Origin: Candidatus Kapaibacterium sp.
GTDB lineage: Bacteria; Bacteroidota; Ignavibacteria; Kapaibacteriales; UBA2268
Assembly (NCBI GenBank): GCA_963664875.1
Contig: OY761611.1
Location: 1,440,001 to 1,504,000, forward strand
Length of the DNA: 64,000 nucleotides
Direction of reading: 5' to 3'
This document shows, one piece after another, positions 20,360 through 29,010 of the stretch; position 1 is the stretch's first letter; every line of letters begins with the position of its first letter. The position numbers and the translations under genes were made by a program. The notes under the pieces were generated by a model that worked only from the letters and a program-made list of their open reading frames with translations, was not told where the DNA came from and did not search any database.

Positions 20360-21352
20360 TCATATATTTCTAAATAACTTTTTTAATATTTCATTCAACT
20401 CTTCCGCTCGGTTTAAAATCATAAAGTGCCCACCTTTCAGAATTGTCACATTGCATTCTACAAAACACAATGGTAAAATTCTATCACTAGTGCCGTGTAT
20501 TTGAAAGAGATTTTGCGGATGAGTTCTGTTCTTCCACACAACTACTTTATCAATAGCCCATTTTAGAAATATTGGGTCGGTATCAATCAGGATTTGTTTA
20601 AGTAAGTATTTATCAAAGCTTGAACTGACTCCGAAAAACCAATTATTTATATAGTTCGCACTCTTCAAGAAACTTGTTGGTAAAAGTCTGTGAAGCCTCA
20701 AACGCCCAACTATACGGAAATAAAACGGAATTTCTCTTTTTGTCTTAGCGGAAGAAATTAGGATTACTTTTTCAGTTTCAATTTGTTTCGCTACTTCGAC
20801 AGCGACAATCCCACCAAAGGACAAGCCAATTAGTATAGGCTTTGGTGTTTGTATCTGAGCAAGAAGTCTTTGTGCATATTGTTGTAAAGTTTCATTCTTC
20901 AGTGGCTCGATCCATTTCACATGTATAACAGAATAGCCTGATAAATCAAGTTTTTGAAAAACTCTTTCATCAGCCCCAAGCCCACTAAATATATACACTT
21001 GCTTCATTACACACCCATACACCACTTGCAAGACGCCGTTAATCCCCTCAGTCAGCAATTCGATAAGCTCTTCATCCATGTATTCGTAGTCGTCGGGAAT
21101 ATGTAGAATTTCTACTTGTGGTAGCTCCAAGTGCAGGAACTGACTTGATAGTTTGGAGCGCTGATTGGATTCCATAACAAAAATCAGGTCAGCCCAATTT
21201 ACATCTTTCTCGGAAACTTTCCTCTCACTTTGCGGACTAAGCCCGGCAGAACGAATATAAAACCGACTATCATTCCTGAAAATCGATTCGGCAGTTCTGC
21301 TACGCTTTTTGTTGCGTCCGCAGATTACTAATATGTTTGGTTTTTGGTGCAT
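20360..21352 (-). CDS. Low-molecular-weight protein tyrosine phosphatase-like domain fused in frame to an alpha/beta hydrolase (hydrolase alone: 20360-21007)
   Basis: CGRNKKRS (CX5R) and IPDDY; then MKQVYIFSGLGAD, GLSFGG nucleophile elbow, HGTSD, GGH. Confidence 0.85.
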   Translation of the reverse strand: MHQKPNILVICGRNKKRSRTAESIFRNDSRFYIRSAGLSPQSERKVSEKDVNWADLIFVMESNQRSKLSSQFLHLELPQVEILHIPDDYEYMDEELIELLTEGINGVLQVVYGCVMKQVYIFSGLGADERVFQKLDLSGYSVIHVKWIEPLKNETLQQYAQRLLAQIQTPKPILIGLSFGGIVAVEVAKQIETEKVILISSAKTKREIPFYFRIVGRLRLHRLLPTSFLKSANYINNWFFGVSSSFDKYLLKQILIDTDPIFLKWAIDKVVVWKNRTHPQNLFQIHGTSDRILPLCFVECNVTILKGGHFMILNRAEELNEILKKLFRNI

Positions 21353-21364
21353 GGTGGCTATATT

Positions 21365-22594
21365 TTATTCCTCAATCCATCCAACAATACTTGAAAGCCA
21401 ATTAATCTCTATCTCAGTCCATTTTTGTGTTATGTTGTTCCACACCAAAACTCCTTTAGGATAGCCAAGATTGGAGCCCACATCACCATAAGCTACACTA
21501 AAGAATCCATCGGTTGTTTTAGAACCATAGTCGCACCAAACTCTTCCAATTTCTTTGTTTTGGTATTTAATAATTCTACCGTATTCGGGATTCATCTCGA
21601 CTTCAATTGAAAAATTAAAGCCGGAATTTTTAAACTTAAAGTACCTATCTTTTTTATCTTCTACTTTAATATCATAAGTTCCTTTGCTACAAACGAAGAT
21701 GATACTTCCATCAGAATCTGAATAAAAATAGGCATTAGAACAAGCTAAAGGAATCGAATCAATTTCCATGATAATTTCAGAGCTTCTTGATTTAATATTG
21801 AATTTGTGAATTATGGCAGTAGCAGTACCTTCATCTTCGAATAGTTCTAATCTATCTACTATTTTTGCTAATACAGTATCTCTACTTTTAGATTCTTTAA
21901 ACATTAAAGCCGGTTCTTCAATATTGGAATCTATAGACTCAAAAGATACATAAAGAAAATTTTCATTATCAAACCAGCAAAGAGGAACCTTCGGGAAAAC
22001 AGAAGAATATATCGACATTGGAGTACCAATTCCACAATCACTAATAATGATTGTATCTTGATTATAAGTCGAATCATAAAGTAGTAGCTCAGATGAAAAA
22101 GGGGTTCGTTCAAATTCCAATCCCCATTTATGATTTGGAGAGAGAATTCCTCTCAATTTTAAGCCCGCATAATCTTTGACTTTTTCATAATATTTCTTAT
22201 TTAGGTCATAAATATAGTATTCTGTATATTCCGGGGAGAAAAATTTATAGAAAATGAGACTATCTCCTCTGGTTTCATACAGACGACTCCGTTCTCTTTT
22301 CAGCATCAACTTGGTTTGAATATCAATAATGTGTCCTACCGGTGTGATAACATATCTATCTTTATAAAGCAAACTATTTTTAAGTTCATAATTAGTGATT
22401 CTGGAAGTTACATCAAGAATGGTATCTTTAGAAGTCAGTCTTCCATCAGCAAAGTGATATAGGACAAGGTTAACGTAATCTCCAGTACCTCTATCCTTTG
22501 TATCATATTCAGCCACAATTAAAGAGTTATGCCTATGCACGCTTGCAAAACACGTGCTAATTAAGACTAATCCTATTATTATGTATTTAAGCAT
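21365..22594 (-). CDS. Exported hypothetical protein (beta-rich)
   Basis: 409-aa ORF with signal peptide; aggag upstream. Confidence 0.7.
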   Translation of the reverse strand: MLKYIIIGLVLISTCFASVHRHNSLIVAEYDTKDRGTGDYVNLVLYHFADGRLTSKDTILDVTSRITNYELKNSLLYKDRYVITPVGHIIDIQTKLMLKRERSRLYETRGDSLIFYKFFSPEYTEYYIYDLNKKYYEKVKDYAGLKLRGILSPNHKWGLEFERTPFSSELLLYDSTYNQDTIIISDCGIGTPMSIYSSVFPKVPLCWFDNENFLYVSFESIDSNIEEPALMFKESKSRDTVLAKIVDRLELFEDEGTATAIIHKFNIKSRSSEIIMEIDSIPLACSNAYFYSDSDGSIIFVCSKGTYDIKVEDKKDRYFKFKNSGFNFSIEVEMNPEYGRIIKYQNKEIGRVWCDYGSKTTDGFFSVAYGDVGSNLGYPKGVLVWNNITQKWTEIEINWLSSIVGWIEE

Positions 22595-22625
22595 AGGTAT
22601 TTTGCTCCTAATTCCTATAGATTAA

Positions 22626-22658
22626 GCAGATTACAAGTATGTTTGGTTTTTGGATCAT
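22626..22658 (-). pseudogene. Phosphatase 5' fragment (MIQKPNILVIC)
   Basis: Matches 21320-21352 with 4 nt differences. Confidence 0.8.
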
Positions 22659-22743
22659 GGTTTTTAAATATTCTACAACACTTATAGCTTGTAGAAATTT
22701 TACACAGGATTTTAAATCAACGAAGGAACTTTGATTAATTTGA

Positions 22744-23364
22744 CTAATTTAGAGAGACAAAGCCAAAACCAAAGTCATCGTCTTTGTTTATCATCTCATT
22801 TTTTACTTTTTCGTACTCTTCTTTTGTGATATATCCTCCTTGGAATAATGCTGACAATCTTTCAAGTCCGTCTAATTTGGACATATTGTATTTCTTGTTA
22901 ATTTCAACACTCTCGAATTCTTCTTTCTTAGTATAAATCAGTTTTATAAAATCATTTACTGCATCTTCAGAAGGAATTTTTTTATAGAAAAAAAGCCAAT
23001 TAGGGTATTTAGCTAGTACATATATATTTTTGATTGAAATATAAAATTTAAAGGCAGTGAAGGACAAAAACGAGAGCACTAAAATAAAATTTCCAAGAAA
23101 TTTCTCGTCTGATGTATTAAAAGCAATCAGCAGAGTCCACAGAAAACACAAAACACACCCGAAAAGCCACCATTTTGAATATGTAATTTCTTTCTCCGGA
23201 TCATTCAAAATGGATTTAAACTGCAAAGCATACTCTTTCTCAGTAAAGAGCGTTTTGTATTCCACATGAACACCTTCGTGGTAGATGGTGCTTGTGATTT
23301 TGTGAAATAACCTCTTTTGCAGTATCTGATAATTTTCTTTCATATATTCTGACATTGTAAACAA
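22744..23364 (-). CDS. Two-TM membrane protein with C-terminal SHOCT-like domain
   Basis: Two hydrophobic helices; LDGLERLSALFQGGYITKEEYEKVKNEM; true start may be a downstream Met. Confidence 0.7.
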   Translation of the reverse strand: MFTMSEYMKENYQILQKRLFHKITSTIYHEGVHVEYKTLFTEKEYALQFKSILNDPEKEITYSKWWLFGCVLCFLWTLLIAFNTSDEKFLGNFILVLSFLSFTAFKFYISIKNIYVLAKYPNWLFFYKKIPSEDAVNDFIKLIYTKKEEFESVEINKKYNMSKLDGLERLSALFQGGYITKEEYEKVKNEMINKDDDFGFGFVSLN

Positions 23365-23451
23365 AACACACTATAATATAAAAATATATTAGTGATAATT
23401 AAATATTTTTTTGCATCAAACAATAATTCTAAACTACATTTAAGTTCTATA

Positions 23452-23553
23452 TCAATTATAAAACCGACTATCATTCCTGAAAATCGATTCGGCTGTTCTG
23501 CTTCGTTTTTTGTTACGTCCGCAGATTACTAATATGTTTGGTTAGTTGTTCAT
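23452..23553 (-). pseudogene. Phosphatase 5' fragment (MNN*PNILVICGRNKKRSRTAESIFRNDSRFYN*)
   Basis: 23457-23543 matches 21256-21342 (87 bp) with 4 differences, all synonymous. Confidence 0.9.
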
Positions 23554-23576
23554 AAAGCTAATCGCAGGATTCATCT

Positions 23577-24977
23577 TTATACCCCTTCAATTTCTATAGA
23601 ATATTCTTTGAAAAGATGTCGAAAACTTTCCGACCAATTTCCCCAATCCCAAAACTGTTGATTGTTTTTCAATATTTCTTGTAATTCTAAATTTGTCTCT
23701 TTGTTCTTGAAAGATAATAGAGTTTTAGAAAGATGAAATATTTCAATAGCCTGATTGTCTCCTCTTAATCTATAAAGCATATTTGGTATGCTTTGCGAGA
23801 ATTGTTTAGCGATAATAACTTCAATAAATGGTACTAAATGGACTGACTTTGCAGTTAAAACATTCTTACAGCATATCGAAAGAAGCAAGTCATCATTATG
23901 TTTACTTATTGTCTGAAGCATAAATAAAATCAACTCATCAATTCTATGATATTGATTAAACTGTAGAAGATTAATATCTTTATCTATCAATAGTCCTTTT
24001 GCAAAAGACTTGGAAGCTTTTTCAGGACATTCGACACTTAGTTTATTAGCAACTGAAAAGTCGATTGTTTTATGCTCTTCCCATATCTTTAATATAAGAT
24101 CCTGGTATAAAGAGCAATAATTTTGAATTAGAGCTTTGTCCAAATAGTTTATTTGAAGAGTGTCACATGTCAGATATATTTCAGTCATTACTTCCAAAGC
24201 AGATACATTTTTAAAACTAGAAACTGCTAAGAAATAATCATACGACCTCTCTGTCGATTTATAGCTTAAAATAAAATTCCAAAAAGCACTATCAGGGAAC
24301 ACTGATATAGCTGAAAAAGAATTTGTGCCATGATCCATCAAGAACTGAATATCATCTCTATCTTTATATTCAGCAAGAGCAACAAGTCCAGGAATATTAT
24401 TGGGTTCAGCGGCCAATTCTCTGATTCTATAATATGTTTTAGCATTACCTTTGTTATTTATTAAGGCTTCATATTTAAGACTAGTTTCTATATTAGAATA
24501 CAGAATAACACTATCCATCCTTTCAAGTTGGATTTGAAAATATAAACTGTCATTTTCCGAAGAATTCGAATTTATCTTTTGATTCAAAAGTCTATAATAC
24601 AATCCTGTTGAAATCTCACTTTCTGAAACACGACAACCATACCCAGTTATAACACTATATCTTTGCTTCAAGAAGGTAGAAAAAATATTACTCAAATCAG
24701 GATACCGATTATCCAATAAAGCCCAGCTGGCATAGGCCTTCACTGCAGAATTCTTATATTCTATAAGAGCGAGCAGCTCTTCAATAGATGCTTTATCTCT
24801 TAGTTCTTCAAATAATTTATAAATTTCAGTAGTTCTGCCGCTTGTTCCAACTTGCTGTGAATGCAAGACATTAAACTGTTCCAATTTTTGAACAATCGCT
24901 TTTATTTCAGGTCGGATTTCTTGACCTGATAATGTGTAGCTACAAAACAGCATAATTGTAATCAAAAGATTCTTCAT
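23577..24977 (-). CDS. Exported alpha-helical (HEAT-like) hypothetical protein, paralog B
   Basis: Signal peptide; shares IRPEI, ASIEEL, VKAYA.WAL, LDKALI.NYC.LY.D.ILKIWEE.KTID, WSES with paralog A. Confidence 0.75.
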   Translation of the reverse strand: MKNLLITIMLFCSYTLSGQEIRPEIKAIVQKLEQFNVLHSQQVGTSGRTTEIYKLFEELRDKASIEELLALIEYKNSAVKAYASWALLDNRYPDLSNIFSTFLKQRYSVITGYGCRVSESEISTGLYYRLLNQKINSNSSENDSLYFQIQLERMDSVILYSNIETSLKYEALINNKGNAKTYYRIRELAAEPNNIPGLVALAEYKDRDDIQFLMDHGTNSFSAISVFPDSAFWNFILSYKSTERSYDYFLAVSSFKNVSALEVMTEIYLTCDTLQINYLDKALIQNYCSLYQDLILKIWEEHKTIDFSVANKLSVECPEKASKSFAKGLLIDKDINLLQFNQYHRIDELILFMLQTISKHNDDLLLSICCKNVLTAKSVHLVPFIEVIIAKQFSQSIPNMLYRLRGDNQAIEIFHLSKTLLSFKNKETNLELQEILKNNQQFWDWGNWSESFRHLFKEYSIEIEGV

Positions 24978-25243
24978 CTTCTATTCTTATTCTCTAAATA
25001 GCAATCTATCAATATAATAAAATCTCTCATTATTAAACTTATATATTCACTAAGAAACAGGAGCTAATTATCTTCGGTTGGGTGGTCTTCCAATCAGAGG
25101 CAATACGCGATAATGCCAACCCAAAAGTTCCTCCAAACATAAAAATCGCAGAATCAATTGCCCCCCTCTCTAACCAAGCAATTCGCCTAATATTTGATGC
25201 CGGCAGAATGATATACGACGGCTTGAAATCAATAGTGGAGTTG

Positions 25244-25279
25244 AAAAAGACAAGGCAACTTATGACTAAGCTGCCTTGT
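25244..25279 (-). terminator. Intrinsic terminator of the VIT-VWA gene
   Basis: acaaggcagctta-gtca-taagttgccttgt then ctttttc on the minus strand. Confidence 0.8.
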
Positions 25280-25329
25280 AATTGAATACATTGGAGTTGT
25301 ATAATTCAATTATAGATATTCTCTACAGT

Positions 25330-27489
25330 TTATTTTATTACTATAAACTTCTGAACATCAACAATCGAATCTTCTGAGATTAGATAAACAAGATACTCTC
25401 CGCTACTCAACTGCGAAATATTAGTAGAAATATCATTATTTATATCAGACTCGTTCAAATCCATTCTTAGTATTTCTGAACCATCCAAACTAACAATCCT
25501 CAACTGCAATTCTGCGGGATTAATATTTTCAGTAGATAAAATTCGAAGTCTTAAAATACCGCTTGTGACTGGATTTGATCCAACTATACTTATAATTCCG
25601 GCGTCGTTATTATCTGCTTCCATATCATCAAAGTATTCTGTATTATCACCTTTATCACCATTGCCGTTGCTTCCACTATTCATAGCAACTGAAGAGCTGT
25701 CAATAGCAACAAATGAAGTAAATTCAGTTACAAGGCCATATTTCAAACCTAACTCAATAATTTCCTCTTCAATAGATTTTTCATCGTCCTCATTGCTTGC
25801 TAAGCCATAATCAGAAAGTAGTTTAATTCTGGTTCTTGCCCATAAATACTTTATAGCAATGTTTTGATCAGCATTATTGAGGTAATCAGAAAATTTATAA
25901 GTTTCTGATATTTTCTCTTCAGCTAAATCACCACTTAATTCAATCGTGCCATTAGTCGCATCATCATATTTACCGTAAACAATCACAGGTCTGTCAGCGA
26001 ATACATCCGGGATATAAGGTGGCTCTATATCATAAGCATTTATATCTGAAAACATAGCTTTTAAATTAGTCATCGCCGGTCTTTCAATATAAACTTTAAA
26101 ATCATCAGCCATGGTTTGAGCATCAGAAAAATCAGTAGCTACAAATGATTCACCAATTCCGACATAAGCCATGCCATCTATAATTTCTCTATTTACCATT
26201 TCACCTATTCCAAATGCAAAGAAGTTCGCCTCTCCAAGATTGTTTCTTATCAGTTCGTAGGCTTGTTTTTCTACAGTAACATAACCATCTGTCAGAATAA
26301 CAAATATTCTTGAATAATCTTCTTCAATTTCCATAGCCAAAGCTTGTTGCAAAGCAGGTAGCAATTGTGTACCGCCACTTGCTTGTATATTATCAATCAT
26401 TTGTCCCGCCTTATTAATATTATCAGGTGTTACAGGCAGTGATGAAGGAGATAAAAAGCTAGAGCCAGCGGCGAAAAACAGAATATTAAATTTGTCTTTT
26501 GAATTTAAGTCATCTAATAAATTTAGAATAAGGTTTTTTGATATCTCAATAGGCGTACCAGACATAGAGCCAGATACATCCATAATAAAGACATATTCTC
26601 TCTTTGGAGTTTCATAATTAACCTCCGGCCTTGGTGGCTGAACTATAGACAGAAAGAATTTTTCATCATCATTTTCGCTTTCATAAAGCAATAGTCCGGT
26701 TTGAATTGTCGAACCACTTAGCTCGTAATCCACAATAAAATCAGCTCCCGGATGGGTTTGAATATAACCGGTAGCAATATTATCCGTAATATCAAAATTG
26801 ATTTCATGAGATTTGCAGTCAACACTCAGCGGCATACCGGCATATATTCTCATGTCAATATTTAACTCAGTATTTTTGACTGCAAGCGAATCCTCGATAG
26901 ATTGCTGCACCCAACTTTCACCATCTGTAGTGAAACGTGGCCCAACAATATTTGGAAATACAAACTGGTAAATCCCCTTTTCAGGAACAATTAACTCAGT
27001 ATATTTCATAAGTACACGTAATGATTCTCCAGCTCCAATATTTGCTACACTCATCTGAAAAACGTTTGGTCGATGTTGCTCTAATAAAGTTGCTGTATAT
27101 CCTTTGCTATTAGCAGAGTCGTATTCTGCTTGTGCTTCTTTTTTTTCCTTAATTACTGCATCTATCACTCGATCTCCAATAATCATCTGCATACCATAAA
27201 TTGCAGCATTATGTGACATCGGGAATACATAAGTAGCATCAAGTTCATTTTCGCCTGAATTTTCATAAACTTGCTCAATTTCAACATTCGCAATTACGCC
27301 ACTAATTGTTACATATACATTAGTCGAAATTAGAGGGAAAGCAACATCCGTCGAATCATCTGTAAATACGGCAAAGTATGGTGCTTCAGTTTTAGAAGCG
27401 TCTTCCGCAAATACTCCAATCGAAGAGTAAAGCATGATTGTTACAATAACAATCACAACTTTCATTAGAGAGGATTTGTCCAATTCCAT
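25330..27489 (-). CDS. VIT + von Willebrand factor A domain protein with T9SS-like C-terminal domain
   Basis: ATYVFP..AAIYGM VIT motif, DVSGSMSG MIDAS, ILTDG, LVTEFTSFVAID, C-terminal NPV...LSSGEYLV...KFIVIK. Confidence 0.9.
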   Translation of the reverse strand: MELDKSSLMKVVIVIVTIMLYSSIGVFAEDASKTEAPYFAVFTDDSTDVAFPLISTNVYVTISGVIANVEIEQVYENSGENELDATYVFPMSHNAAIYGMQMIIGDRVIDAVIKEKKEAQAEYDSANSKGYTATLLEQHRPNVFQMSVANIGAGESLRVLMKYTELIVPEKGIYQFVFPNIVGPRFTTDGESWVQQSIEDSLAVKNTELNIDMRIYAGMPLSVDCKSHEINFDITDNIATGYIQTHPGADFIVDYELSGSTIQTGLLLYESENDDEKFFLSIVQPPRPEVNYETPKREYVFIMDVSGSMSGTPIEISKNLILNLLDDLNSKDKFNILFFAAGSSFLSPSSLPVTPDNINKAGQMIDNIQASGGTQLLPALQQALAMEIEEDYSRIFVILTDGYVTVEKQAYELIRNNLGEANFFAFGIGEMVNREIIDGMAYVGIGESFVATDFSDAQTMADDFKVYIERPAMTNLKAMFSDINAYDIEPPYIPDVFADRPVIVYGKYDDATNGTIELSGDLAEEKISETYKFSDYLNNADQNIAIKYLWARTRIKLLSDYGLASNEDDEKSIEEEIIELGLKYGLVTEFTSFVAIDSSSVAMNSGSNGNGDKGDNTEYFDDMEADNNDAGIISIVGSNPVTSGILRLRILSTENINPAELQLRIVSLDGSEILRMDLNESDINNDISTNISQLSSGEYLVYLISEDSIVDVQKFIVIK

Positions 27490-27976
27490 TTTTCAGTCCT
27501 TATTGTGTAGGAATAACTTTATACAAGAGAATTATTATTGTTCTTAATATAATATATAATTACCAATTATAAAAATTATTAATATGTTTGATAATTTTTA
27601 TTCTACTTTATCAATTATTGTAGAAGATCCAAATGTAATATTATTTCAATAGCTTAGCCGATTTTAAAAAGATATTGTTTTATGAACCTATATATTTACC
27701 AACATTGTTTATCGCCTAAAAGTTGGATGATTCCCTTTGAATTATTACACAATGGAGCAATTTATGTTCAATATTCTTAGAGCCCTTTTTATACTTTCAA
27801 CATTTTAAAATCTTCTTATTTCTTACCTTTGTCAGGATTATCGGATATATTTTATATATCATATTATGTTTGGTATTTCCATTTTTTTGAAGTGTGTTGA
27901 CATTCCCTTTATATTTCTTAAGTGCAGTATTATAATGACTGAGAACTTAAGTTTTGTTCTCCTCTCCAGATTTCCT

Positions 27977-28003
27977 TGTAACTTTACTTAAAAGGCTACG
28001 TAC
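27977..28003 (+). promoter_or_regulatory. Candidate ECF-sigma promoter (TGTAAC-N16-CGTAC)
   Basis: AAC and CGT boxes at typical ECF spacing, about 40 nt upstream of ATG 28045. Confidence 0.45.
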
Positions 28004-28044
28004 TCTATCTAAAACATTAACACTGTTAATATAGGTAGTACGGA

Positions 28045-28461
28045 ATGAATAAAGAAACTTTCCTTCGGGAATTTATGGACGAAGTTTGGAATAATAAGAA
28101 CTTCGATAAAATTGCGCAATATGTACATAATGAATATACAATCCATCTCGACTCAGGCGATCCATGGGAAGGAAAAACTCTGTCACATGCTGAATTCAAA
28201 AAGCGTATGGAATTGGCTTCTTTCACGCCTTTTCCTGATATGAATTTTGAAATTACTTCAGCTATTGAGGAAGAAAACCATGTTGCAGTCACCTGGATTC
28301 TAACCGGAACAAACCTTGGTCCACTTGGAGAATTCCCTCCTACAAAGAAATCCATTAATACTAAAGGCATCACCATTTATCATTTTAAAGACAATTTGAT
28401 AAGTGGCCACACTCAGGTATTTGACAGAAGAACAGTTATGCAACAATTAGGATTTTTGTAA
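28045..28461 (+). CDS. SnoaL-like ester cyclase (NTF2 fold)
   Basis: FMDEVWN, FPDMNFEI, WILTGTNLG..GEFPPT.K, VMQQLG. Confidence 0.9.
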   Translation: MNKETFLREFMDEVWNNKNFDKIAQYVHNEYTIHLDSGDPWEGKTLSHAEFKKRMELASFTPFPDMNFEITSAIEEENHVAVTWILTGTNLGPLGEFPPTKKSINTKGITIYHFKDNLISGHTQVFDRRTVMQQLGFL

Positions 28462-28796
28462 TGAAGACTAAAAAAGAACTCAAAGACGAGTACAAAAAGA
28501 AAGAATTCCCAATGGGCGTTTTTCAGATAAAATGCACTGAAAACGGCAAGGCATTTATAGACAACAGCACAGATATGGCTTCGAAATGGAATCGCCACAG
28601 AATGGAACTCAAATTCGGAAGCCACAGGAACAAAGACCTCCAAAAAGACTGGAATCAATATGGCGAAGACAAATTCGAATTTCAAGTGCTGGCTGAGCTA
28701 AAGAAAAGCAAAGACGAATATGTGAATTACAACAAAGAATTGCAGTCACTCCAAGAGATGGTTCTGGAAGAGATGGCGAGTGAGGGGAGGTATTGA
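28461..28796 (+). CDS. GIY-YIG (LuxR-associated type) family protein
   Basis: KELKDEYK...MGVFQIKC.ENGK, WNRHRMEL.FG.H.NK.LQKDWNQYG; TAATG coupling to the upstream gene. Confidence 0.8.
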   Translation: MKTKKELKDEYKKKEFPMGVFQIKCTENGKAFIDNSTDMASKWNRHRMELKFGSHRNKDLQKDWNQYGEDKFEFQVLAELKKSKDEYVNYNKELQSLQEMVLEEMASEGRY

Positions 28797-29010
28797 GGGT
28801 TTATTTTTTTTTTGGGGGGGGTGGGGAAGCTTATTATGCTTTCATTGTAATAAACTAAGTAAATAGAAACAACTTTTATAAATTTATTTTTTATTTGGCT
28901 ATTATATGTAAATTATTTTATCTAAGTTATGTATTTTTATAACTGTTGCATTTATTGATGTAATGTGATAAGAATTTTGCACCAACTGCTTAACTAGTGG
29001 AATTAGTATC

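Noticed and set aside
25082-25285. 67-aa ORF over a slightly GC-richer patch
   Set aside because: Overlaps the VIT-VWA terminator; no recognisable product in any frame; at most a remnant
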